IMG/VR virus record: IMGVR_UViG_3300042922_000725
Span: 1-64,000 of that record
DNA from: a virus
Strand: one strand, 5' to 3'
DNA: 64,000 nt
Of this stretch, positions 1 through 10,085 are shown one piece after another; within the stretch, counting starts at the first letter, position 1, and each line of letters opens with the position of its first letter. The translations under genes and the position numbers were made by a program. The notes below the pieces were generated by a model, which was not told the origin of the DNA, did not search any database, and worked only from the letters and a program-made list of their open reading frames with translations.

Positions 1-2
1 TA

Positions 3-347
3 ATTCGAGGTAAAAAATACACATATCTAGATGACAATGGAAACCCTAAAAGAAATCAAGAAGTAAATAAATATTATATTCCTTTACTAGATAGGATTGA
101 ATATGTGTATTATCACGTTTTTAACATTTTAGATTCAGAGAATAATATATCTAGGCAAGAAAATATAAAAGAAATTAAGAAAAAAGGGTTTGAAAAAATA
201 GTAACAAGTGAACGTCAATATATATTAATTGCAAAAGATTTTATAAATTATAAATATAAAACCTTAATGAATGAATATGAAAAATTATTAATTGATAAAG
301 ATATAGAACAATATAAAAAGATAAATAAATACATAAGTAAATATTGA
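3..347 (+). CDS. 5'-truncated hypothetical protein, possibly the C-terminus of a winged-helix DNA-binding/replication protein
   Basis: Frame is open from position 3 (IRGKKYTYLDDNGNPKRNQEVNKYYIP...), so the ORF-track start at 105 is internal; the NKY segment resembles the wHTH wing of ORF 46961-48493. Confidence 0.5.
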   Translation: MRGKKYTYLDDNGNPKRNQEVNKYYIPLLDRIEYVYYHVFNILDSENNISRQENIKEIKKKGFEKIVTSERQYILIAKDFINYKYKTLMNEYEKLLIDKDIEQYKKINKYISKY

Positions 348-694
348 TAAAGCGTTTTTTAAAAAGATGTGGCACCGCCACAGCTAAAAATTTTAGAATT
401 AATGTATTTAATATATTTTAGAATTTATTTATATATAATATAGAATTAATATATATACACGGTAAAAAATCATTAAAACCACCGACCGGCGTCCGTCCTG
501 TTTTTATAGCTATATTTAAACAGGTTTACCTACCTGATACATATAAGGCTATTAAACTCAATAAGCGAAAGTCTTATAAATTTGATAACAGAGCCATTTA
601 ATCAGGGTGGTAAAATTCAATGAATTTTTAACAAAATAGTAATATGTGAAAATAATTAAAATAATTTATATTTAAAAAGTGAGGAATTGATATT

Positions 695-1459
695 ATGATA
701 GGAATATATAAAATAGTAAATAAAATAAATAATAAAGTTTACATAGGTGAAAGTGTAGATATTGATGAAAGGTGGATATCTCATAAAGAAGATTTAAGAA
801 ATAACGAACATCATTCTTGTAAGTTACAGGCTGATTATAATTTATATGGTGAAGATAATTTTAAATACGAAATTATAGAAACATTAGCTTATGATATAGA
901 TTCATATAAGGGCGTCCATTATTTAGTTTATAGAGAAGATTATTATATCAGAAAATATGACAGCTTTAATAACGGATATAATTGTGAATATACGTTAGAT
1001 GAAGTAATGAATAAAAGAAAGCCAGGAATTAGTAATATTAAGCTGGACGTACAAATATTAAAGGCAATAATATCACAGGGAGAAAATTATTGTTTATATA
1101 AAAAGGGGCATCCCAAATATAAAAAAGAAGTTGTTAATAATTATGACAAATACATAAAGGTTTTAGATTTATTTGAGAAATATATTAATGATTTTGAGGC
1201 TGAGAATTTTATAACAACTATTTTTATTGAATTTAAGCACTTTAATTATTCTAAAGCCAACTCTACATTGAGAAATCTAGGTATTGCTGATAAAAATAAT
1301 ATTATAATTATTGATGATATTGGACTCTATAATAAAGATTCTAAGATAGTGGCAAATAAGCAAGGATTAAATTACTTATTAAATCAACTTAGAAAATATG
1401 ATTTTCAAAACATATTAAGTAAAGAAGCTCAATCAACAAATATAGAAAATATTCAATAA
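695..1459 (+). CDS. GIY-YIG homing-type endonuclease
   Basis: N-terminal GIYKI...VYIGES...R..H and E...YN motifs of the GIY-YIG domain; GAGG RBS. Confidence 0.85.
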   Translation: MIGIYKIVNKINNKVYIGESVDIDERWISHKEDLRNNEHHSCKLQADYNLYGEDNFKYEIIETLAYDIDSYKGVHYLVYREDYYIRKYDSFNNGYNCEYTLDEVMNKRKPGISNIKLDVQILKAIISQGENYCLYKKGHPKYKKEVVNNYDKYIKVLDLFEKYINDFEAENFITTIFIEFKHFNYSKANSTLRNLGIADKNNIIIIDDIGLYNKDSKIVANKQGLNYLLNQLRKYDFQNILSKEAQSTNIENIQ

Positions 1460-1468
1460 AATGAAACA

Positions 1469-1493
1469 AAATAGGGGCATTTCTCCCCTATTT
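1469..1493. terminator. bidirectional intrinsic terminator between convergent GIY-YIG and tubZ genes
   Basis: AAATAGGGG-7nt-CCCCTATTT inverted repeat. Confidence 0.7.
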
Positions 1494-1508
1494 CCTATTT
1501 CTGTACAA

Positions 1509-2603
1509 TTAATCATCCCAAAAATTATCATTAAATAAATTATTAAGGACATCCGCGGTAACGGTAGTGGATTCTATTATTTTTTCTTTTGTTCTTGAGA
1601 TAGCTTGTTCTTCTCTTTCATCTCTTGAATCATTAACTTTAATAAATAAATCTTCTTCAATGCGTTTTTTAGAGTTACCTTTTTCTAAATCAGTTAATGC
1701 CATTTGAATTATATCTATTCCATCTTTTGGTATAGATAAGCCACCTAATACAATTAGATTTTGATTGTCGCTGCTACCACAATATTCAGCTTTGTCAACT
1801 TCAAATTTACCTTTTAATTCATCTAAGTTATAATATTTTTCTTGAATTACCGCACCCATGTAATCACAATTATATGATTTTGGAATCATAAACACACTGT
1901 TTTTAATAGAGTCATCAATAGAGTCTTGTAGTTCAGAGAATTTTGAATTTAAAGGCATTATAAAACTATATCCTTTTGCTGTGTTTATTCGAGTGCTATC
2001 ATTTTGGTCAATAGTTCCACTTTTATCGAAGTTGTTTAAGCTAAAAGCTAAATTTAACGCTTTAGTTGCTTCTTTATTTATATCATCCAAACTTCTTCTT
2101 TTATTATTGTCTATTAGATATATAGTATCTACTAAATTTTTATTTTTTAAATCTATTAAGTCGTTCCAAAATCCAATTGCATTTTTTAACGCGTTTTCAT
2201 TTTCTGATAAGCTAGGCATTGCAACAACTATACTAATGCTTTTATCAGGAACTGCCTTTTTTAAAGCTCTAATAATTAATATTGAAGACCCACTTCCTGT
2301 ACCTCCACTGGAACTAGTAAAAATAGCAATATTTTTTTGCAAACTGTATTTAATAATTTTATCTATTAAAATTTGAACTCTTTTTTTGACTAGATTTTTA
2401 GCATACTCTCTATCTCCTCCGCTACCATCTTCGCCGGGGAATAAAAAGTGGTCTGCTAGTTCAAAGTTTTTTAATTTATTCATATCGCCCATAGAGCTGT
2501 TAACCATAAGAGAAATATAACGCTTATCCAGTTCTATCATTTCATTTACGAGTACATTACCTGTTTTTCCTACCCCTAATAAAAGCAAATTATTTTTATT
2601 CAT
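1509..2603 (-). CDS. tubZ: TubZ tubulin/FtsZ-like partition GTPase
   Basis: GVGKTGN, GSGGD and SSGGTGSG tubulin signature, IDQND T7-like loop, acidic/aromatic C-tail; lies downstream of a small wHTH gene. Confidence 0.9.
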   Translation of the reverse strand: MNKNNLLLLGVGKTGNVLVNEMIELDKRYISLMVNSSMGDMNKLKNFELADHFLFPGEDGSGGDREYAKNLVKKRVQILIDKIIKYSLQKNIAIFTSSSGGTGSGSSILIIRALKKAVPDKSISIVVAMPSLSENENALKNAIGFWNDLIDLKNKNLVDTIYLIDNNKRRSLDDINKEATKALNLAFSLNNFDKSGTIDQNDSTRINTAKGYSFIMPLNSKFSELQDSIDDSIKNSVFMIPKSYNCDYMGAVIQEKYYNLDELKGKFEVDKAEYCGSSDNQNLIVLGGLSIPKDGIDIIQMALTDLEKGNSKKRIEEDLFIKVNDSRDEREEQAISRTKEKIIESTTVTADVLNNLFNDNFWDD

Positions 2604-2614
2604 TTAAATCACTC

Positions 2615-2935
2615 CTACAATGTAATATTTTTTCTTAAATCAACTAATTCTTTAAGTCCAACTTCTGTAATACAATATGTTTTCGCTTTAATTTTCTTTA
2701 CGCCTTCAGTAATATAATTTAATTCGAGTAAAACTTTTAATGTGTTTCTAATTTTAACATCCGAAAATCCTGTTTTTTCAACTAATTGTTTTAATGTACT
2801 TCCCCTTCCTTTAGCTAATCCCCTATTTTTTTCTTTATCAACTATGCTTTCAAGTATTTTATAGTCATTACTATTTAATTTTTGCATCTGTTGTATCACC
2901 GCCTTATTGTATAAATTTACTAATTGTAATTTCAT
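2615..2935 (-). CDS. tubR: TubR centromere-binding winged-helix adaptor
   Basis: 106-aa wHTH (LKQLVEKTGFSDVKIRNTLKVLLELNYI...YCITEVG) directly upstream of tubZ. Confidence 0.8.
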   Translation of the reverse strand: MKLQLVNLYNKAVIQQMQKLNSNDYKILESIVDKEKNRGLAKGRGSTLKQLVEKTGFSDVKIRNTLKVLLELNYITEGVKKIKAKTYCITEVGLKELVDLRKNITL

Positions 2936-3380
2936 TATAACAAACTAGTAATATAATGACAAGCTATATATAATAAAAGCTTTAACTTATATTTTTATAA
3001 TATAATCATAATTGTAATAATGTTACAACAAAATCAAATGTTTCTCTAAATTATTTTTGCATTTAGTTTATACTATGTTTTACTTTTCTTCTTGTTTTAT
3101 TGTTATTATGTTACTATTATATTTAATTATGTTTACTGTTTTGTTGTACTTTTATATAGCTTATATTCTGATTATATTTATTATATGTTGCATAAATCTT
3201 TGTATTTTAAGATATATTAAAGCAAATCTAATTTAAACTAATACTATATTGCATTAAAGCAAAGTCAAAGCTACACATACATAATGCAAACCATATCTAT
3301 ATTTTTACTTTATTGCATTAAATTAATATATTTACTTTTAGTTTAAATATGTTATAATTTGGATATACTTTAATTTAAAA
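2936..3380. promoter_or_regulatory. candidate tubC centromere and divergent tubR/tubY promoter region
   Basis: AT-rich non-coding gap with degenerate repeats (TATGTT(T)ACT, TTAAAGCAAA, TTTACTTTA); this is the expected position of tubC. Confidence 0.5.
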
Positions 3381-3395
3381 AAGGAGATGTATTGT

Positions 3396-4199
3396 ATGAG
3401 CAATGATTTTCAAGATGTTGATTTTGAAAACATAGAAACTTCTCAAAATTCAATAAGGGGGAAGGCATTATATTATTCAACTTCACAGGTTGCATCAATT
3501 TTGGATACTAGTGACAGTAAAATAAGGTATTATACTAGTGTATTTGAAGATATTTTGCACATAGAAATTTCAAATAAACAGCGAAGGTACGTGAACGAAG
3601 ACATTGAGAAGCTTAAGTTTATAATAGAACTTAAAAATCAAGGAATGACCATAAAACAAATTCAAGAATATTGCATGGAAGTAGATTTTGACATGAATAA
3701 TGGGATTCAAATTAAAGAAAGCAATCCTTTGAGCATTCAAACTTTAGCACAGGCACTTATGGAAGAACAAAGCAAGCAGTTAGATGAATTTAAGACAGAT
3801 GTAATAAGTTTAATTTCTAATCAAATAAATATTCAAAATAATAACTTAAAAGACGAACTAGTTGAAAAGGTTTCTTTAACTGTAGATAGTGTTGTTGAAG
3901 AAAAGCTAAACAACACTATTAATCAAATCGAATCAAATCAGTCTGAATTAAAAAATCATATCACCGAAGCGATATCTGACACATTAAATAAAACTTTAAA
4001 TGAAAAGCTTTCAGAAGTGGCTACTACAATTACTTCAGAAATTAAATCTCAAATTGATGAAAGAGAATTGGAATACCAGAGAAAAGATTTAAATCAAATT
4101 GACCAGCTAAGAAATGGAATGGAAACAATGAAGAAGAAAATGGAAGAACAAGAAAAAGAAAATTCCAAAGGATTCTTTGAAAAGTTGTTCAAAAGATAA
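3396..4199 (+). CDS. tubY: TubY-like MerR-family HTH/coiled-coil partition regulator
   Basis: MerR HTH (YSTSQVASIL...IRYY...RRY...IEKLKFI...GMTIKQI), long coiled coil, amphipathic tail GFFEKLFKR; start moved to ATG 3396 to fit the AAGGAG RBS. Confidence 0.8.
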   Translation: MSNDFQDVDFENIETSQNSIRGKALYYSTSQVASILDTSDSKIRYYTSVFEDILHIEISNKQRRYVNEDIEKLKFIIELKNQGMTIKQIQEYCMEVDFDMNNGIQIKESNPLSIQTLAQALMEEQSKQLDEFKTDVISLISNQINIQNNNLKDELVEKVSLTVDSVVEEKLNNTINQIESNQSELKNHITEAISDTLNKTLNEKLSEVATTITSEIKSQIDERELEYQRKDLNQIDQLRNGMETMKKKMEEQEKENSKGFFEKLFKR

Positions 4200-4435
4200 T
4201 CTTGGAAAATAATAAAGTAAACACCCCTGTAATTTAGCTCAGGTTAAACGAAACGGTGCAAAAAGGTGCTACAGGTATACCTAATATTTCAAACTCTTAT
4301 ACAGGCTTTAAATGAGATATATTAAGAATTAAAAAGTCCAACTTATAATCTATGCTATTTGCAAATGAAATATTTGTAGATGGCTTTATTTTTACATGAC
4401 ATTAAAACAATATGTTTTACAAAATAAAATCTTAG

Positions 4436-4444
4436 TTATCCACA
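4436..4444 (+). promoter_or_regulatory. DnaA box of plasmid origin
   Basis: Perfect TTATCCACA next to an iteron copy and AT-rich GTTTA 10-mer repeats (4481-4525). Confidence 0.75.
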
Positions 4445-4570
4445 ACCACAACAAAAACATGAGTTTATTTTTGTGTAGTTGTTTAGAATAGTTTAAATAA
4501 GTTTAAAAGAGTTTATAATAGTTTCTTTTTTACGAACCAATTGAAATCACTATTATAGAAGGGAACATAC

Positions 4571-4675
4571 ACAACAAAAACCTACCCATCCATAACAAAA
4601 ACCTACTTTACAACAACAAAAACATATGTTAGTATAACATTAACATGAGTAAAACCAACAAAAACATGAAAGTTG
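4571..4675 (+). repeat. five 21-bp-period iterons (core AACAAAAAC) of the Rep_3 origin
   Basis: Units start at 4571, 4592, 4613, 4634 and 4655; extra copy at 4448. Confidence 0.85.
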
Positions 4676-4700
4676 TCAGAATATTGTGGAGGATAAAAAT

Positions 4701-5876
4701 ATGGTCAGTAAAAAACCATCAATTGTAAAAAAACAGATTATAAAGTCAAACAATCTAATAGAAGGTAGTTATAAGCTTACAATGTCTGAGAATAGGTTGA
4801 TTGACTTAGCGTTGACAAATCTTGAAGTGGCAATGCTTGATAAGAATTTATCTGCTGAAGAAGTAAAAACACTTATAAAACAAAAGGAATTTGATGAGAT
4901 AGAAATAAATGTAATAGACTATAAAAAAGAATATGGTATAAAAAATAATACCATATATGAAGATTTAGCTCAGACCGCTAAAAGACTATACGACAGAAGT
5001 TTAATTTATTTTGAAAATGATGATTTGGTAATGAAAAGATGGGTAATAACTTGTAAATACAAAGAAGATAGTTGTGCCGTAGCAATACAGTTTCATCCAG
5101 ACTTAATACCTGATTTGATGATATTTAAAAGTTGCTATACTAGATTTGACTTTGATGTAAAAAAGTATATAAGAAGTTATTATACATGCAGAATATATGA
5201 GCTATTAAAACAATATGAAGCCATTGGTCGGAGGTTATTTGAAATTGACCAAATCAGGTTTTTGTTGGGTATAGAAGATGGAGAATATCCCGAATATTCA
5301 AATTTTAAACAACGTATTTTAAAACCAGCAGTAGAGCAGATTAATAAGGTTACTGATTTGTATTGTGAATTTGAAGAAATAAAAAAGAAAAAGAAAGTTG
5401 AAAAAATAAGATTTAAATTTGTAAAACAAAGTGTAAATTATCAAATAAAAGAGCAATTGAGTTTTCTTGACAATGAGGTAGCAATAACTTCCGAACACAA
5501 CGAATACAACATTGTAAAGGAATTTAGAGAATTATTGGGGATTACAATAAGTCCTATGCAAATAGATAAAATTATCAGATTAGCAGCTAGTGCAATTAAG
5601 AAACACAACATAAACCTACCTATAAAAGAGTACATTAAACAAAAAAAGATTGTTGTAGATGAATATTCCAAAAAAACAACTATTAAATCTTATTTAGGTG
5701 CAATTATTAGAGCTATTCAAGAAAACTGGACTTTAATATTGAAGCAGGATAGGTTCAATGATTATGAACAGAGAGAATACGACTTTGATAAGTTAGAAAA
5801 AGGATTACTTGGATGGGATAATGCAGATGAAAACAATGAATTTGAGGGGACTCCTTTTAAAGAAATATATAATTAA
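4701..5876 (+). CDS. Rep_3 family plasmid replication initiator
   Basis: KSNNLIEGSYKLT..E, F..DLIPDL, SYYTCRIYELLKQY and YSNFKQRILKPAVEQIN motifs; iterons upstream; GGAGG RBS favours ATG 4701. Confidence 0.9.
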   Translation: MVSKKPSIVKKQIIKSNNLIEGSYKLTMSENRLIDLALTNLEVAMLDKNLSAEEVKTLIKQKEFDEIEINVIDYKKEYGIKNNTIYEDLAQTAKRLYDRSLIYFENDDLVMKRWVITCKYKEDSCAVAIQFHPDLIPDLMIFKSCYTRFDFDVKKYIRSYYTCRIYELLKQYEAIGRRLFEIDQIRFLLGIEDGEYPEYSNFKQRILKPAVEQINKVTDLYCEFEEIKKKKKVEKIRFKFVKQSVNYQIKEQLSFLDNEVAITSEHNEYNIVKEFRELLGITISPMQIDKIIRLAASAIKKHNINLPIKEYIKQKKIVVDEYSKKTTIKSYLGAIIRAIQENWTLILKQDRFNDYEQREYDFDKLEKGLLGWDNADENNEFEGTPFKEIYN

Positions 5877-5877
5877 C

Positions 5878-5987
5878 CCAACAAAATAATGATTATTTTA
5901 TAAAGGAACATTACTATCATAACAAAAACAGGAGTTTAAACGGCAAATAAGGTATGAATAATTATATATAATTCCTGTTTTTGTTGG
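5878..5987. repeat. downstream auxiliary iterons, including an inverted pair
   Basis: ATAACAAAAACAGGA at 5919 and the reverse-oriented TCCTGTTTTTGTTGG at 5973; weaker copy at 5878. Confidence 0.65.
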
Positions 5988-6036
5988 GTTTAAAAAATTA
6001 TACATAAATATATTTAAAAAACTTATCAATTAAATA

Positions 6037-6065
6037 TTGACAAAGTTAAATGCGGATAGTATACT
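6037..6065 (+). promoter_or_regulatory. sigma-A promoter upstream of the RNAP operon
   Basis: TTGACA-17-TATACT. Confidence 0.7.
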
Positions 6066-6178
6066 AAGATTAGGAGGTGGGAAACAGAGTTTTAAAACAT
6101 AAGAATGCTCAATTGAATATAAACAAAGTTACATATTTTAAAAATAGAGAATAAAATAATAAAAAGGAGATATTACAT

Positions 6179-6700
6179 ATGGATAAATACAAAGAAAAAT
6201 ATCAATTTAGATATGAAAGAGATATTGACGGCAAGATATATAACCGTGAAGATAATTATATATCCTGTTGTGCCGGTGGCAAAATCTATCGGTATAATGA
6301 AGATACATTAATATTCACATCACCAAAGAGAATTAGATTGGTTTTTAAAAATGAAGCTGGGGAAATAGATAGGGATTATACTCCACTAGTAATTTCAACA
6401 TGGGATACACCAATGGAAAGAGAAATAACATTTAAAGAAGAAAATCTAGAAAAACAAGAAGAATTGTTTAAGATACGAAAGAAAATAAAAAGAGAATTGA
6501 GTGAAGAAAAAGTGGAAAAATTAAAACTTCAATTAATAAAAGCTCAAGAAGTGAGAAAATTAAAAAAGGTAAACAATGTTGCTAATGTTTCTGAGAAAGT
6601 CAAAGAAATAACTATAGAAGATATAAAAGAATTCTATGAAGAATTATTGGAGAAAGAAGAAGATTCTAAATTAATAAATGATATTCTAGTAGAAGATTAG
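6179..6700 (+). CDS. hypothetical protein
   Basis: 173-aa ORF with AAGGAG RBS. Confidence 0.7.
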   Translation: MDKYKEKYQFRYERDIDGKIYNREDNYISCCAGGKIYRYNEDTLIFTSPKRIRLVFKNEAGEIDRDYTPLVISTWDTPMEREITFKEENLEKQEELFKIRKKIKRELSEEKVEKLKLQLIKAQEVRKLKKVNNVANVSEKVKEITIEDIKEFYEELLEKEEDSKLINDILVED

Positions 6701-6996
6701 TTATTACATATAAAAAGATACGGTAGAAATGCGTTTAAAAATTCATAGGAGCGATGGAGGGGTGTAAAAGGTATATTTATATTCCTAGAACTTTTAAACG
6801 ATTTTAGAGCTAAATTTATGCGTTTCTACAGGATGTATATTTTAAATAAAAAAATATAAAATTATTACATAACAATTAAATATTAATAAAACAAATAATA
6901 AAAATAAATTACATATAAGAAAGAGAGGAATTATTATGGAAAATTTAAATAATAGTTACATATTGACAATAATTACTGTGGAGGCTGAGAGATAAT

Positions 6997-7194
6997 ATGA
7001 AAAGACAATGCGATGAAAGCAGAATTTTAAGAAGGTTTAAGGAGATTTATGATTATGAAGGTAATAGAGCATTAAGAAAAAAAGAAAGTAATAAATTTAG
7101 AAAAGTTTATAATGTTAGTGATGAATGTCAATATAAGAGAAAATTAGATGATTTTATGGAAGACTGGGATGAATATGTAGGGGAGTATAGGTAG
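6997..7194 (+). CDS. hypothetical protein
   Basis: 65-aa ORF with GGAGG upstream. Confidence 0.55.
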   Translation: MKRQCDESRILRRFKEIYDYEGNRALRKKESNKFRKVYNVSDECQYKRKLDDFMEDWDEYVGEYR

Positions 7195-7254
7195 GGTAAG
7201 ATAGTTGATTTAAGTTGAATTACATATAAAAATTGATAATTACAGGAGGAGCCT

Positions 7255-9951
7255 ATGGAGAAAACAAATACATATATAATGAACTTAGAAGCATGTTACA
7301 TATATAAGGATATAATTGAGAACAAAAAAACAACAATTAAAAATAGAGATTTGTCAAAGCTATTTTCAGCAACAATTCCTTACAGTTTAGAATCAATAAG
7401 AATTAATAATATGTTTCCTGACACTTTTTATGTTGTAAATAATAAACAATATACAAAAAAAATAATAAATTTAACTTTTGATAAACACTATTCAATATGG
7501 GATGAAAATATAGAATGGAAAGATAAAAATAATAATATTCAAAAGGGAAAACGAAGAATTATCGCAAATAAAAATAAAATAAGAAAATATATTTATGAAA
7601 ATGGTTTTATAATGGATGGAGTAAAATATGTTTTTTATAAAAGAGGAGCTGGTAAAGCTAAAAATGGCTATGCATTATATATTCAAGAAAACATGAGAAA
7701 TACTTTGATTAATAGGAGTAGATTAGGATTAAATTTCGAAGAAGATGAAGAATTGGATTTAACTTCTCTACTTGCTTATGAAAGTTTAATTTCTTCTGGT
7801 ATAGATTTTACTATTGAATTAAATCCTATGACTGAAATATTATTGATAGATGATATTTATGGTAAAGAATTTGAAAGTCTAGCTAGTGTTACAAGGGAAA
7901 TAAACGGTGAAATTATAACTAAAAATGAAATAATAAATATAAAAAATTGTCTTAGTGATGGTCAAGGATTATTAGATGAATCGGTTTTTGAAAAATACGG
8001 AAAATCAGATAAGGGGTTTATGTTGTTAAGAAGTGATATGTTTAAGGATTGTGGGTTTAATACTAAACTACAAAAATGGCTTGAAGTTAACGGAATAAAA
8101 ACATTAAAAGATATGTTTGGTAATGAGTATGATGCTTCTAAGGTAAAATTAATAATAACTCCGAATTCATTAAAATTCTTAAAATTTTCTTATAAAATAG
8201 GAGATGGAACAAAAAAAGAGTGTTACGAGTATTGGAGAAATAATGTAGATAATACATTTGGAGTTGTAAAATGCGATAAAGAAGGTAATTATGGTAATTA
8301 TAATAGAACAACCTATCAACTTTTAAACAGTATTCCCAGTCTTAACTTTGAGGATTTATCAGAACTTACAAAAGAGGAACGAGAATATGTTATGCTATTA
8401 AAAAACGATGAAGCTGTTTTTAGAAATTATTTAGGATGCGATGCTAAAGCGAGTTTAAAACTAGAAAAAGATATTGAAGAAGGAGATATAAGTTTATATG
8501 AAAATACAGATTTAATGAATGCATTATTATTGGTTAATTCAAATATACAATATACAAAAAAATTTAAAAAAATGAAAAGTGACTTAATATCAAATTACAT
8601 AGAGCATTTAAAAGAGGGTAAGATTAGATTAAAAGACACAAAATATGTCACAATAATATCTAATCCATACGAAATGTTATTATCAGTTATAGGAAAATAT
8701 GAAAATAAATCAATAATGATTGATAGGGAAGTTTATTGTAAATATTATAAAAATGAACAAGAATTTTGTATATCACGTAATCCCCATATAAACGCTGGAA
8801 ATGTAATGTATGCAAAAAATAAATTTCACAATGAATATAAGTGGTTTAATTTTACCGATAATATTATGGCTGTAAATTTTTTTGATAATGATATGCCTGA
8901 CAGATTACAAGGAGAAGATACGGATAGTGATACAAATCTTTTAATACCACACTCTATATTAATAGAAAAGGCTAGGTATTGTGAAAAAAACTTTCCCACT
9001 CCTGTAAATAAAGTTAAGGGAACCGCTACACCAAGAAAAAACAATATGAGAGAATTACAAAAATTAGATATTATTTTAAGTAATAATTACATAGGAAAGA
9101 TTGTCAACATGTCACAAATAATCAATTCTTATATGAATGATGCTATATTCAAAGGCGAAAGTAAAAATATTATAGATGAATTATATTGTGCTAGTAGTAG
9201 ACTTTCAAGTATGAGTCAAATTGAAATTGATAAAAGTAAAAAAGTTTTTGACAATATAAGTATGAGTAAAGAATTAACAAAAATGAGAAATATAGAATAC
9301 ATAAGATATAAGATTGAAAAAGATAAATACGGTCAAGATACTAAAAAGATGATAGTTCCTAATTTTTTCAGTATGATTTCCGAATCAAACGATTATAGAA
9401 TATTTGATAAATTTAATACTCCATTAGATATATTACAAGATGTTTTGGTTTTTGAGGGAGGAAAAAGATTGAGAGGGAATAAAAACATAGAAATAAAAGA
9501 TTTATTAGTTCAAACTAAAGATTTAGAAGGTATCTATCAAGTAAACAGTGGTAATGCAATACTAAAAATAATATTAGAATGTGGAAAAAAAATTAATGGT
9601 TTAAAATTAAAAACTTGTACACTAAGTGATAAAGCAAAAAAAACAGTAGAAAAAAAATCTAAAAAAGATGCGATAGAAGAAATAAAAAAATTAAATCCAA
9701 ATGATGCTACTATACTTTCTATATTAAAACAATCACTGGGCAACGAAGAAGATGATATATTGGGATTTAAAAAATATGGTATGTTAACTTTAAATTTATT
9801 GTTTATTTCAAAAAAAATACAAGTATTAAAATGTTTTAAAAAAAACAATATGGATTTAGATGAGGTTTTAATTAAAATAAGAGATGACTATGACTTTGAC
9901 ATTTTTGGAGAAAAATATCAAAAAACTATAAGAAAAGAGTTGAATATTTAG
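7255..9951 (+). CDS. yonO: YonO-like single-subunit DNA-dependent RNA polymerase (RdRP-related two-barrel fold)
   Basis: SDGQG, LLRSDMFK, SRNPH and catalytic QGEDTDSD (DxDxD) motifs; SPbeta-like position ahead of the virion genes. Confidence 0.85.
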   Translation: MEKTNTYIMNLEACYIYKDIIENKKTTIKNRDLSKLFSATIPYSLESIRINNMFPDTFYVVNNKQYTKKIINLTFDKHYSIWDENIEWKDKNNNIQKGKRRIIANKNKIRKYIYENGFIMDGVKYVFYKRGAGKAKNGYALYIQENMRNTLINRSRLGLNFEEDEELDLTSLLAYESLISSGIDFTIELNPMTEILLIDDIYGKEFESLASVTREINGEIITKNEIINIKNCLSDGQGLLDESVFEKYGKSDKGFMLLRSDMFKDCGFNTKLQKWLEVNGIKTLKDMFGNEYDASKVKLIITPNSLKFLKFSYKIGDGTKKECYEYWRNNVDNTFGVVKCDKEGNYGNYNRTTYQLLNSIPSLNFEDLSELTKEEREYVMLLKNDEAVFRNYLGCDAKASLKLEKDIEEGDISLYENTDLMNALLLVNSNIQYTKKFKKMKSDLISNYIEHLKEGKIRLKDTKYVTIISNPYEMLLSVIGKYENKSIMIDREVYCKYYKNEQEFCISRNPHINAGNVMYAKNKFHNEYKWFNFTDNIMAVNFFDNDMPDRLQGEDTDSDTNLLIPHSILIEKARYCEKNFPTPVNKVKGTATPRKNNMRELQKLDIILSNNYIGKIVNMSQIINSYMNDAIFKGESKNIIDELYCASSRLSSMSQIEIDKSKKVFDNISMSKELTKMRNIEYIRYKIEKDKYGQDTKKMIVPNFFSMISESNDYRIFDKFNTPLDILQDVLVFEGGKRLRGNKNIEIKDLLVQTKDLEGIYQVNSGNAILKIILECGKKINGLKLKTCTLSDKAKKTVEKKSKKDAIEEIKKLNPNDATILSILKQSLGNEEDDILGFKKYGMLTLNLLFISKKIQVLKCFKKNNMDLDEVLIKIRDDYDFDIFGEKYQKTIRKELNI

Positions 9952-10085
9952 TTGTTGATATTACTGGCTTTGCAAGGCAAAAAATTTTTAACAGCTCTTA
10001 AACCCACTTATATCAATGGTTTAAAGAAAATATTAATTCCTTGTATATGATATACAATCAAATATAAATAAACTGTATACAAAAA

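Noticed and set aside
4571-4675. Regularly spaced repeats as a possible CRISPR array
   Set aside because: 21-bp period with no spacer-length unique sequence, next to a rep gene and DnaA box, so these are iterons. No cas genes are present.
7255-9951. Eukaryote-like RNA-dependent RNA polymerase / RNA-silencing system
   Set aside because: Same fold family, but the phage context matches the DNA-dependent YonO class; no Argonaute or Dicer-like genes are seen.
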